DNA from: Patescibacteria group bacterium
GTDB taxonomy: Bacteria; Patescibacteriota; Minisyncoccia; Phycocordibacterales; Phycocordibacteraceae
Assembly (NCBI GenBank): GCA_038062175.1
Contig: JBBTXR010000001.1
Location: 9,420-73,419, forward strand
Length of the DNA stretch: 64,000 nucleotides
Direction: 5' to 3'
Below, piece by piece: positions 58,079 through 64,000 of the stretch (its first letter is position 1; every line of letters begins with the position of its first letter). The notes beneath the pieces were generated by a model. That model was not told the DNA's origin. It made no database searches and saw nothing but the letters and a program-made list of their open reading frames with translations. Made by a program: the position numbers and the translations under genes.

Positions 58079-59281
58079 ATGGCAGATGCATTCGATCGCA
58101 GCAAGCCGCACATGAACGTAGGAACCATCGGTCACGTTGACCATGGTAAGACCACGCTCACGGCTGCTATCCTCAACGTCCTTAACCTTAACTCTGGTGC
58201 CGGCTACAAGGCTCGCGCTGAGAAGGTTGAGAATATCGACAACGCGCCTGAAGAGAAGGCTCGTGGTATTACCATCGCGCTCCACCACTCGGAGTACGAG
58301 TCACCGAACCGCCACTACGCGCACATCGATGCGCCGGGCCACGCTGACTACATCAAGAACATGATCACTGGTGCCGCCCAGATGGACGGCGCAGTCCTCG
58401 TGGTTGCTGCAACTGACGGCGCAATGCCTCAGACCCGTGAGCACATCCTTCTTGCAAAGCAGGTTGGTGTGCCAAAGCTCATCGTCTTCCTCAACAAGGT
58501 GGACATGGTTGATGACAAGGACATGGTGGACCTCGTTGAAGAGGAAATCCGCGAACTTCTCACCAAGCAGGGCTTCGACGGTGCTGCTACCCCCGTTGTT
58601 AAGGGTTCAGGTTTGAAGGCACTTGAGGCAACCTCAGCAGATGACGAGTACGCACTCAAGGTGAAGGAGCTCATCGACACGATGGACTCATACTTCCCAG
58701 ATCCTGTTCGTGAGACCGACAAGCCGTTCCTTATGGCAATTGAGGACATCTTCTCGATTGAAGGACGCGGTACGGTGGTCACCGGTCGTATCGACCGCGG
58801 CATCGTAAAGGTGGGTGAGGAAGTCGACATCGTCGGTCTTCATGACACCGCCAAGACGACTGTCACCGGTATCGAGATGTTCAACAAGCAGCTCCAGGAG
58901 GGTCAGGCAGGCGACAACGCAGGTATTCTTCTTCGCGGTACGAAGAAGGAGGACGTGCATCGCGGCCAGGTGCTCGCAAAGACTGGTTCTGTGAAGCCAC
59001 ACACCGAGTTCGAGGCTGAGGTCTACATCCTCTCCAAGGACGAGGGTGGTCGCCACACCCCATTCTTCTCAGGTTACAAGCCTCAGTTCTACGTTCGTAC
59101 AACCGACGTGACTGGTGAAGTGACCCTTCCAGACGGAAAGGAAATGGTTATGCCAGGTGACACCGTGACCTTCAAGGTCAAGCTCACCGCGCCTATCGCC
59201 ATGGAGGAGCAGATGCGCTTTGCTATCCGCGAGGGTGGCAAGACGGTTGGTGCCGGCGTCGTGACGAAGATCACCGTCTAA
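58079..59281 (+). CDS. tuf: Elongation factor Tu (divergent)
   Basis: [18 protein letters not shown] motifs with full EF-Tu length. Unusual substitutions versus the canonical sequence ([12 protein letters not shown]). Confidence 0.95.
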   Translation: MADAFDRSKPHMNVGTIGHVDHGKTTLTAAILNVLNLNSGAGYKARAEKVENIDNAPEEKARGITIALHHSEYESPNRHYAHIDAPGHADYIKNMITGAAQMDGAVLVVAATDGAMPQTREHILLAKQVGVPKLIVFLNKVDMVDDKDMVDLVEEEIRELLTKQGFDGAATPVVKGSGLKALEATSADDEYALKVKELIDTMDSYFPDPVRETDKPFLMAIEDIFSIEGRGTVVTGRIDRGIVKVGEEVDIVGLHDTAKTTVTGIEMFNKQLQEGQAGDNAGILLRGTKKEDVHRGQVLAKTGSVKPHTEFEAEVYILSKDEGGRHTPFFSGYKPQFYVRTTDVTGEVTLPDGKEMVMPGDTVTFKVKLTAPIAMEEQMRFAIREGGKTVGAGVVTKITV

Positions 59282-59312
59282 GGTATCATTCTCACAACGC
59301 ACATTGACTCGT

Positions 59313-59678
59313 ATGGCAACCGCAACTAAGAAAGTATCCAAGAAGAAGGTCGCTGAGGCAGGTCCTGCCGCAGAGCCCAAGCTTCGCATCCGTGTGCGCG
59401 CCTACGAGCACAAGATTCTCGACCTTTCGGTGAAGCAGATCATGGATACGGCTAATCGCTTCGATGCGAAAATCGTCGGTCCGATCCCGCTCCCGACCGA
59501 GATCAAGCGCTGGACCGTGAACCGCTCCACGTTCGTGCACAAGGACGCACGCGAGCAGTTCGAGATGCGCATCCACAAGCGCCTCATCGACATCATGTCG
59601 CCGAACCCTAAGGTTATCGAGGCTCTCACGAACCTCAACCTTCCTTCAGGAGTCACGATTGATGTGAAGATGGCGTAA
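59313..59678 (+). CDS. rpsJ: 30S ribosomal protein S10
   Basis: S10 core (RIRVRAYEHKILD...KDAREQFEMRIHKRLIDI) with a Lys/Ala-rich N-terminal extension. Possible alternative TTG start at 59304. Confidence 0.9.
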   Translation: MATATKKVSKKKVAEAGPAAEPKLRIRVRAYEHKILDLSVKQIMDTANRFDAKIVGPIPLPTEIKRWTVNRSTFVHKDAREQFEMRIHKRLIDIMSPNPKVIEALTNLNLPSGVTIDVKMA

Positions 59679-59695
59679 GTCAAAAGATGCAAAGC

Positions 59696-59726
59696 AAAGC
59701 GCCCCGAAAGGGGCGTTTTGCTTTTG
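59696..59726 (+). terminator. Hairpin H1 of a conserved terminator-like repeat family (after rpsJ)
   Basis: aaagcgcccc-gaaa-ggggcgtttt followed by GCTTTTG. Shares the GGGGCGTTTTGCTTTT tail with H2-H4. Confidence 0.7.
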
Positions 59727-59764
59727 TCTGTCGCTAATGATTATCTATCGATAGGAGGTGTCTC

Positions 59765-60040
59765 ATGTTCTTGATCTATTTTTTATCTCCCCATGAAAGG
59801 TGGCGGCGATTCTGTGAAAGAAATCGTGAGTTCCAGCGGGCGCGTCGTAGATGGTTGCGGCAAACTCCTGGCACGCCAGAGGAGAGAGCTGCGGGCAGAG
59901 AACTGAGTCGAATTAGAAAGAAGCTTCACCGACTTGGGGCATCGCTCGGTATGGCAGAAGTCGCCACTGAGCTCCTGCTTCCGCGGGAGTTTCGTTCACG
60001 CGGCACGCCCCCGATTCCCAGGTGGATTCTTGCACGTTAG
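59765..60040 (+). CDS. Array ORF A: 91-aa Arg-rich hypothetical protein
   Basis: GGAGGTG SD 4 nt upstream of the ATG. Bounded by hairpins H1 and H2. Confidence 0.5.
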   Translation: MFLIYFLSPHERWRRFCERNREFQRARRRWLRQTPGTPEERAAGRELSRIRKKLHRLGASLGMAEVATELLLPREFRSRGTPPIPRWILAR

Positions 60041-60047
60041 TTAGCAA

Positions 60048-60078
60048 GGGCGCCTCGGAAACGGGGCGTTTTGCTTTT
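60048..60078 (+). terminator. Hairpin H2 of the repeat family
   Basis: gggcgcctcg-gaaa-cggggcg followed by TTTTGCTTTT. Confidence 0.7.
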
Positions 60079-60125
60079 ATATATTTATGTGTTATTATTG
60101 ACCTGAATTATTTGGAGGTCTTTAG

Positions 60126-60434
60126 ATGAGCACGTTTTGGGTTTCTGAAGCAGTGATCAAGGAGACGGTTCGGAAATACCAACTTCCCGAACACGAGGTC
60201 AGATGCCGGTTCATTCAGATTGATGGGTACCTGAAGGACGCGACCAGGTTGAGCGATGCAACGCTCAAGAGCACGATGTGGGACTATCGCCTCCGTGGAG
60301 ATCACTACCAGGCCTCACTTCTCTGGACGGTCTGGACCTGTAGAGCCTTGGGCTTCACGGAACAAGAGATGGTCGACCTGATCATCCCACTGACGGTCTA
60401 CCCAGCTGATGACCTGGTTCAAAGGGTCGCGTAG
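60126..60434 (+). CDS. Array ORF B: 102-aa hypothetical protein
   Basis: GGAGGT SD 6 nt upstream of the ATG. Bounded by H2 and H3. Confidence 0.5.
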   Translation: MSTFWVSEAVIKETVRKYQLPEHEVRCRFIQIDGYLKDATRLSDATLKSTMWDYRLRGDHYQASLLWTVWTCRALGFTEQEMVDLIIPLTVYPADDLVQRVA

Positions 60435-60452
60435 TCCCTCAAGATCAACGTG

Positions 60453-60485
60453 CGACGCCTCGAGCAATCGGGGCGTTTTGCTTTT
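60453..60485 (+). terminator. Hairpin H3 of the repeat family
   Basis: gcgacgcctcg-agcaat-cggggcg followed by TTTTGCTTTT. Confidence 0.7.
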
Positions 60486-60528
60486 ACCCATGCGCATGCG
60501 ATAGTCGCCACAGAAGAGGAGGTGATCC

Positions 60529-60927
60529 ATGACTGGATTCATCAAGACGCACGAGCGACTGTCAGCATTTGCGGAAGTGATCAAGCCGAGACATATCGCG
60601 GTTCCTTTCCACGCCTTCGGCAAGGCGGAGATCGACGAGAATGCAGGTCACCTCGTGAGTTTCTTCCAGGAGCAAGACGCATGGGTGCCGTTCGAAATGT
60701 CGGCCTTCAAGGAGTTTTGCACACGCTTCAGGCCGAATGGCAGTCCCATCTTCTACGGTCTTGTCGGTGACGGGTTCGATGAGGGTGATCCTACTATCCA
60801 TTACGATCCGCATCTCATCCGGCTTCTCGATGATGGTCGATTGATTGTGACCGACCGATTCATCCTCCGTTGTAGCGGCATGAGTTCGGATCGGATTAGC
60901 GGTCTGACGCGAGAAATTGCAGCCTGA
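60529..60927 (+). CDS. Array ORF C: 132-aa acidic hypothetical protein
   Basis: GGAGGTG SD 4 nt upstream of the ATG. Bounded by H3 and H4. Confidence 0.5.
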   Translation: MTGFIKTHERLSAFAEVIKPRHIAVPFHAFGKAEIDENAGHLVSFFQEQDAWVPFEMSAFKEFCTRFRPNGSPIFYGLVGDGFDEGDPTIHYDPHLIRLLDDGRLIVTDRFILRCSGMSSDRISGLTREIAA

Positions 60928-60934
60928 TCCTAAG

Positions 60935-60967
60935 CGACGCCCCGAGCAATCGGGGCGTTTTGCTTTT
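60935..60967 (+). terminator. Hairpin H4 of the repeat family
   Basis: gcgacgccccg-agcaat-cggggcg followed by TTTTGCTTTT. Near-identical to H3. Confidence 0.7.
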
Positions 60968-61023
60968 CTCTTCATGTGAAATGCGATATTCTCATCCTCT
61001 GTTCTTTCGAAAGGAGGTGATAT

Positions 61024-61406
61024 TCGTGAGCAGAAGACCAATCGGATCTCGTGTCCTGTGGGGTGAAGCTAGGAGTGCTGCACAACATCTCGATGCTGCG
61101 ATGGTTCAGTTTTACCCTGATCCTACAACGTATAAAGGATTTGACGGTAAGCTAGACGATTCCAGTCTTCCCCAAAAGAAGAACTTCGCGCGTTGGAAAC
61201 GTCCAAAGCGTAAGGATGGAACCCGTAAACGGGGAACTCAAGTTCGGCCTCTCGTCATTCGCGAAATCAGAAACGCGAAGGATGAGAAGGGAAGATCGGT
61301 GCGTGGGAGATTCGTCTCTCTTGCTGACTACGAGCAACGCGCTGCGAAATACCGTGAAGATGTGAAGAAATATTTTGAAGAAAACAAGAGGCGGTCGCGG
61401 AGATAG
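61024..61406 (+). CDS. Array ORF D: 127-aa Lys/Arg-rich hypothetical protein (GTG start)
   Basis: GGAGGTG SD 6 nt upstream of the GTG at 61024. The ORF-track ATG at 60960 lies inside hairpin H4 and lacks an SD. A GC hairpin (ggtcgcgg...ccgcgacc) overlaps the 3' end. Confidence 0.45.
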
Positions 61407-61418
61407 GTCCGCGACCGT

Positions 61419-61452
61419 AACGCCCTCGAGCAATCGAGGCGTTTTCTTTTCC
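61419..61452 (+). terminator. Hairpin H5 of the repeat family (compensatory variant)
   Basis: acgccctcg-agcaat-cgaggcgt followed by TTTTCTTTT. The stem keeps base pairing through paired substitutions relative to H3/H4. Confidence 0.65.
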
Positions 61453-61520
61453 ATAGATACAAATTACGGTATGCTCTTCGTCTGTTCCTTGTTCTAGAAA
61501 CGAGATTAGGGGAGTCGATA

Positions 61521-61652
61521 GTGACGAAAAAGATCAAGAAAGAATTGAGCGCCGAGGAGCGCAGAGATTGGCGGGAAAACAGTCAGAATGCAGCGCCCAA
61601 ACCGCCGGTAGGGGTCCTCAAAGATCTCAAAGAGTCTAACCCTCGTGATTGA
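61521..61652 (+). CDS. Array ORF E: 43-aa basic peptide (GTG start)
   Basis: GGGGAG SD 5 nt upstream of the GTG. Followed by a distinct GC hairpin terminator. Not in the ORF track. Confidence 0.3.
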   Translation: MTKKIKKELSAEERRDWRENSQNAAPKPPVGVLKDLKESNPRD

Positions 61653-61661
61653 GTGCTCAGT

Positions 61662-61697
61662 GGCCGCCTCGCAAGGGCGGCCTCCATTTTATTCTTG
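61662..61697 (+). terminator. Rho-independent terminator after ORF E
   Basis: ggccgcc-tcgcaag-ggcggcc followed by tccattttattcttg. Confidence 0.65.
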
Positions 61698-61984
61698 CGG
61701 TATATCTAACTCTGCGTTTAAATAGATGAAGGTGCTCTTTGTGCCACACGCCGCAAACGCGGCGATTCCGCGTTTCTACGAGGGGTTTGTGTGTTTCGAA
61801 GACTGCAAATGCGAGTCGAACAACGGCTAGTCGATCTTGAGTGTGAGCATCGTGTTGTGAAGCGCTTCTCGCACGTTGCGAGACATCCGAGCGATATACA
61901 GTATCGACGCGCGTTCTGGTACTTCGTATGCAGATGCTTCGGCATCTGCCCAGAAAAAACGCTCGCAGGAGCGTAAAAGAGAAT

Positions 61985-62021
61985 GGGCTCCGCGATTTCT
62001 CGCGGAGCCCTTCTTGGTTTG
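61985..62021. terminator. Bidirectional terminator at the end of the antisense membrane-protein gene
   Basis: gggctccgcg-atttct-cgcggagccc 10-bp stem with T-rich flanks on both strands. Confidence 0.7.
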
Positions 62022-62063
62022 ACCTATCAGTTGGTGGCTAGCGACACCCTGTGTCTCAGATGA

Positions 62064-62678
62064 CTACATCGCGTCGAGAAGATCGTCTTCCGTGTTCCAG
62101 GCGCCGATATAGACGCGATCGAAGCCTCGAACGGCGAGAACGAACGGATCCTTGAGTGTATATTCGACGAGCACATACGCTCCGGCTGCTTCTGCCGCCC
62201 TGATCCTTCGATCGAAGCGCGCTGGCGGCTCGATGATCCAATCCTTTCGTGCCGCTGATAGGTGCAGCTGCCGCCAGCTCCAGGTGGTTCTCGGACCTTT
62301 CCGCTCCGCATAGATCCATAGGCAGAACGTTAGAATGCAGCCGATGGCGGGAGTGAGAAGGAGAGCCGCGTGTAGTTGCAGACCAGGCATCGAAAGACAG
62401 GCCAAGCCGGCAACAGTCATCGCGACGACGACGTAGAGATAGTTGTTCGAGTACTGCCGGCCGGTGTACCGCTCGATTATCCTCGGCACGAAGTAGAGTC
62501 TCGGTAGCCAGAGCAGGTAGTAGAGGGTCTGGAGCAAGGCTGGCAATCGGTCCTTGCGCTGATGTGCCTGCACGAGGTGCTTTGGAATAACCGGCACCCC
62601 TTGTGCACGCAGCTCGCTCTCAAGCTTGCTGCAGGTTCTTGCGCCCTTCTCGAAGGCGCGTACTGCATCCATCTTCAT
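62064..62678 (-). CDS. Hypothetical membrane protein, antisense to the ribosomal cluster
   Basis: Two or three TM helices (YLYVVVAMTVAGLACL, LLLTPAIGCILTFCLWIY). Start chosen at the Met preceded by AGAGGT SD (62678). The ORF-track maximal extent to 62996 would overlap rplC. Confidence 0.5.
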   Translation of the reverse strand: MKMDAVRAFEKGARTCSKLESELRAQGVPVIPKHLVQAHQRKDRLPALLQTLYYLLWLPRLYFVPRIIERYTGRQYSNNYLYVVVAMTVAGLACLSMPGLQLHAALLLTPAIGCILTFCLWIYAERKGPRTTWSWRQLHLSAARKDWIIEPPARFDRRIRAAEAAGAYVLVEYTLKDPFVLAVRGFDRVYIGAWNTEDDLLDAM

Positions 62679-62772
62679 GAGAACCTCTAGTGCTATGGGG
62701 GAGAGGCACCCAATGTGCTTCTCCAGAACTCCCGTGGTAGTTGTAGCCGGAAAGCCTCGTAGAGACAAGAAG

Positions 62773-62801
62773 TTGCATTGCCTGAAGGCTTCGTGTAGAG
62801 T
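62773..62801 (+). promoter_or_regulatory. Sigma-70-like promoter for rplC-rplD (TTGCAT-N17-TAGAGT) with a structured ~90-nt leader
   Basis: Same architecture as the rpsL promoter. Leader contains GC hairpins (cccctcgggg, ggccgggaagcccttcgggg) before the rplC ATG. Confidence 0.45.
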
Positions 62802-62892
62802 GCCCCTATCGCTACGTATCCCCTCGGGGAGACCAATGGCCGGGAAGCCCTTCGGGGACGAACGCGCTGTTGAGGCGCGCTTTATTTTTTTC

Positions 62893-63504
62893 ATGAAATT
62901 CCTACTCGCCAAGAAAGGTCGTATGACCCAGATCTTCGATACCGATGGTCGGGTCTTTGCTGGTACCGTCCTTACGACTGCTCCGATGACCGTCACCCAG
63001 GTGAAGACGGTTGAGTCTGACGGGTATGAGGCGGTTCAGGTTGGTTTTGGCGAGAAGAAGGAGAGTCGCGTGAATAAGGCCGTCCTTGGACACACCAAGG
63101 GTAAGGGCTTCCAGACCATCAAGGAGTTCCGCACCGAAGCAGGAGACCTTGCGGTAGGTTCTGAGGTAACCGCAGACACCTTCGCTGAGGGTGATGTGGT
63201 TGAAGTCTCGGGCACCGTGAAGGGTAGGGGCTTTGCCGGAGTGGTGAAGCGCCATGGTTTCCATGGTGGTCGTCGCTCGCATGGTCAGAAGCACTCTGAG
63301 CGTGAGCCAGGATCGATTGGTGGCGGTGGTCGTGCCGGTGGTCGCGTCGCTAAGGGTATGCGCATGGGTGGCCGCATGGGTGGTAACCGCATCACGGTAA
63401 CCAACCTCAAGGTGCTCAAGGTCGATGCAGCTCGCGGCGAGATCATCATCTCAGGAGCCGTTCCTGGCGCTCCTGGTTCACTCGTCGAGATCGTCTCGAA
63501 ATAA
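62893..63504 (+). CDS. rplC: 50S ribosomal protein L3
   Basis: L3 N-terminus (MKFLLAKKGRMTQIFD) and a Gly-rich C-terminal region. The ORF-track start at 62626 is a spurious upstream extension. Confidence 0.9.
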   Translation: MKFLLAKKGRMTQIFDTDGRVFAGTVLTTAPMTVTQVKTVESDGYEAVQVGFGEKKESRVNKAVLGHTKGKGFQTIKEFRTEAGDLAVGSEVTADTFAEGDVVEVSGTVKGRGFAGVVKRHGFHGGRRSHGQKHSEREPGSIGGGGRAGGRVAKGMRMGGRMGGNRITVTNLKVLKVDAARGEIIISGAVPGAPGSLVEIVSK

Positions 63505-63515
63505 ATTTACGTACT

Positions 63516-64000
63516 ATGGCACCAGCTAAGAAAACCGTCGCAAAGAAGGCCGCTCCTAAGAAGGCAGTTGCTGCAAAGGCAACAGCTCCTAAGAAGGCAG
63601 TTGCATCTGAAGCGAATATTTACACCATGGCAGGGGGAGAGGCGGGTACTATCGCACTTCCTGCGGAGCTTTTCGCACAGCCTTGGAAGGCAGATCTCGT
63701 GCACCAGGTAGTTATCGGTATGCAGGCAAACGCACGCCCAACGGTCGCGAACACCAAGTTCCGCGGCGAAGTTGCTGGTGGTGGTAAGAAGCCATGGAAG
63801 CAGAAGGGTACTGGTCGCGCACGACACGGCTCTAACCGCTCTCCTATCTGGAAGGGAGGTGGTGTGACCCATGGTCCTCGCGCAGAGCGCGTCTACGCCG
63901 TGAAGATCAACCGCAAGATGCGTGCCGCAGCGCTTGCCTCTGTGCTCTCACGCAAGTGGGCAGATGGTCAGATTGTCTTCGTTGATTCTCTCGCGTTCAC
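63516..64000 (+). CDS. rplD: 50S ribosomal protein L4 (3'-truncated by the window end)
   Basis: Lys/Ala-rich N-terminal extension followed by L4 core motifs (KPWKQKGTGRARHGS...PIWKGGG). Confidence 0.9.
   Translation, partial: MAPAKKTVAKKAAPKKAVAAKATAPKKAVASEANIYTMAGGEAGTIALPAELFAQPWKADLVHQVVIGMQANARPTVANTKFRGEVAGGGKKPWKQKGTGRARHGSNRSPIWKGGGVTHGPRAERVYAVKINRKMRAAALASVLSRKWADGQIVFVDSLAF

Noticed and set aside
60960-61023. ATG start at 60960 for array ORF D
   Set aside because: That ATG lies inside the H4 hairpin tail and has no SD. A GTG at 61024 has a perfect GGAGGTG SD at optimal spacing, matching the other modules.
59696-61700. Possibility that the repeated hairpins form a CRISPR array or integron attC sites
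   Set aside because: Repeat spacing is irregular (350-480 bp) and the intervening sequence is clearly coding with SD sequences, unlike the 20-40 bp spacers of a CRISPR array. The hairpins lack the extended imperfect inverted repeat and R/L core structure of attC sites, and no integron integrase is present in the window. They look like paralogous intrinsic terminators, although a role in cassette recombination cannot be excluded without comparative data.
61718-61976. Overlapping 75-aa (minus) and 61-aa (plus) ORFs in the region between array ORF E and the bidirectional terminator
   Set aside because: Mutually exclusive overlapping frames, Arg-rich low-complexity translations and no SD. The region has GC hairpins and may be a UTR or structured RNA instead.
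62626-62892. Upstream extension of the rplC ORF (ORF-track start at 62626)
   Set aside because: The L3 N-terminus (MKFLLAKKGRMTQIF) begins at 62893. The extension crosses a promoter-like element and GC hairpins and would overlap the antisense membrane gene.

Overview
This 64-kb window from a compact bacterial chromosome (about 55% GC, tightly packed, many 1-4 nt gene overlaps) carries housekeeping genes and a Gram-positive-style type IV pilus cluster. By inference only, the source is likely an uncultivated, reduced-genome lineage (Patescibacteria/CPR-like or similar): RNase Y is present, the elongation factors are divergent, and ComEC is naturally split. Recognisable housekeeping genes are rsmA, uvrD/pcrA, rpsO, xerC/D-type recombinase, xth, cca, thyA, rarA, hup, rny, clpP, ppa, nusA, tpiA, pgk, recJ, rnhA, sodA, rpmB, two HIT genes, HD hydrolases, a TetR and a TrmB regulator, a RelE/Phd toxin-antitoxin pair and a MazG-like gene. 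Four tRNAs are present (Arg-TCG, Gly-GCC, Pro-TGG, Gly-TCC). The pilus cluster runs pilB, pilC, two tiny membrane ORFs, then pseudopilins including a 573-aa pilin-like protein. The str/S10 ribosomal cluster keeps its order (rpsL-rpsG-fusA-tuf-rpsJ-rplC-rplD) but is interrupted three times. A type IV major pilin gene sits between rpsG and fusA. A membrane-protein gene plus a small ORF sit between fusA and tuf. The most unusual feature is a 3.2-kb insertion between rpsJ and rplC. It contains five tandem mono-cistronic modules, each a strong Shine-Dalgarno site, a small ORF and a conserved GC-rich hairpin with a TTTTGCTTTT tail. The hairpins are paralogous and show compensatory stem changes. A promoter-like TTGCAT-N17-TAGAGT in the rplC leader then restarts rplC-rplD. 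Other oddities: ComEC is split into a membrane gene and an MBL-domain gene separated by sodA, relE/phd and mazG; a LOG-like/NPPF-methyltransferase fusion overlaps thyA; there are two secreted proteins with a PG_binding_1-like N-terminal domain, one followed by two acidic (Asp/Glu/Ala-rich) tandem repeats; a low-GC HTH gene abuts a tRNA cluster; a 30-bp perfect palindrome lies at the antitoxin start; and there is a 475-bp structured intergenic region with repeated TTTCACGTGAAA palindromes. No CRISPR array, rRNA gene or classical transposase was found.
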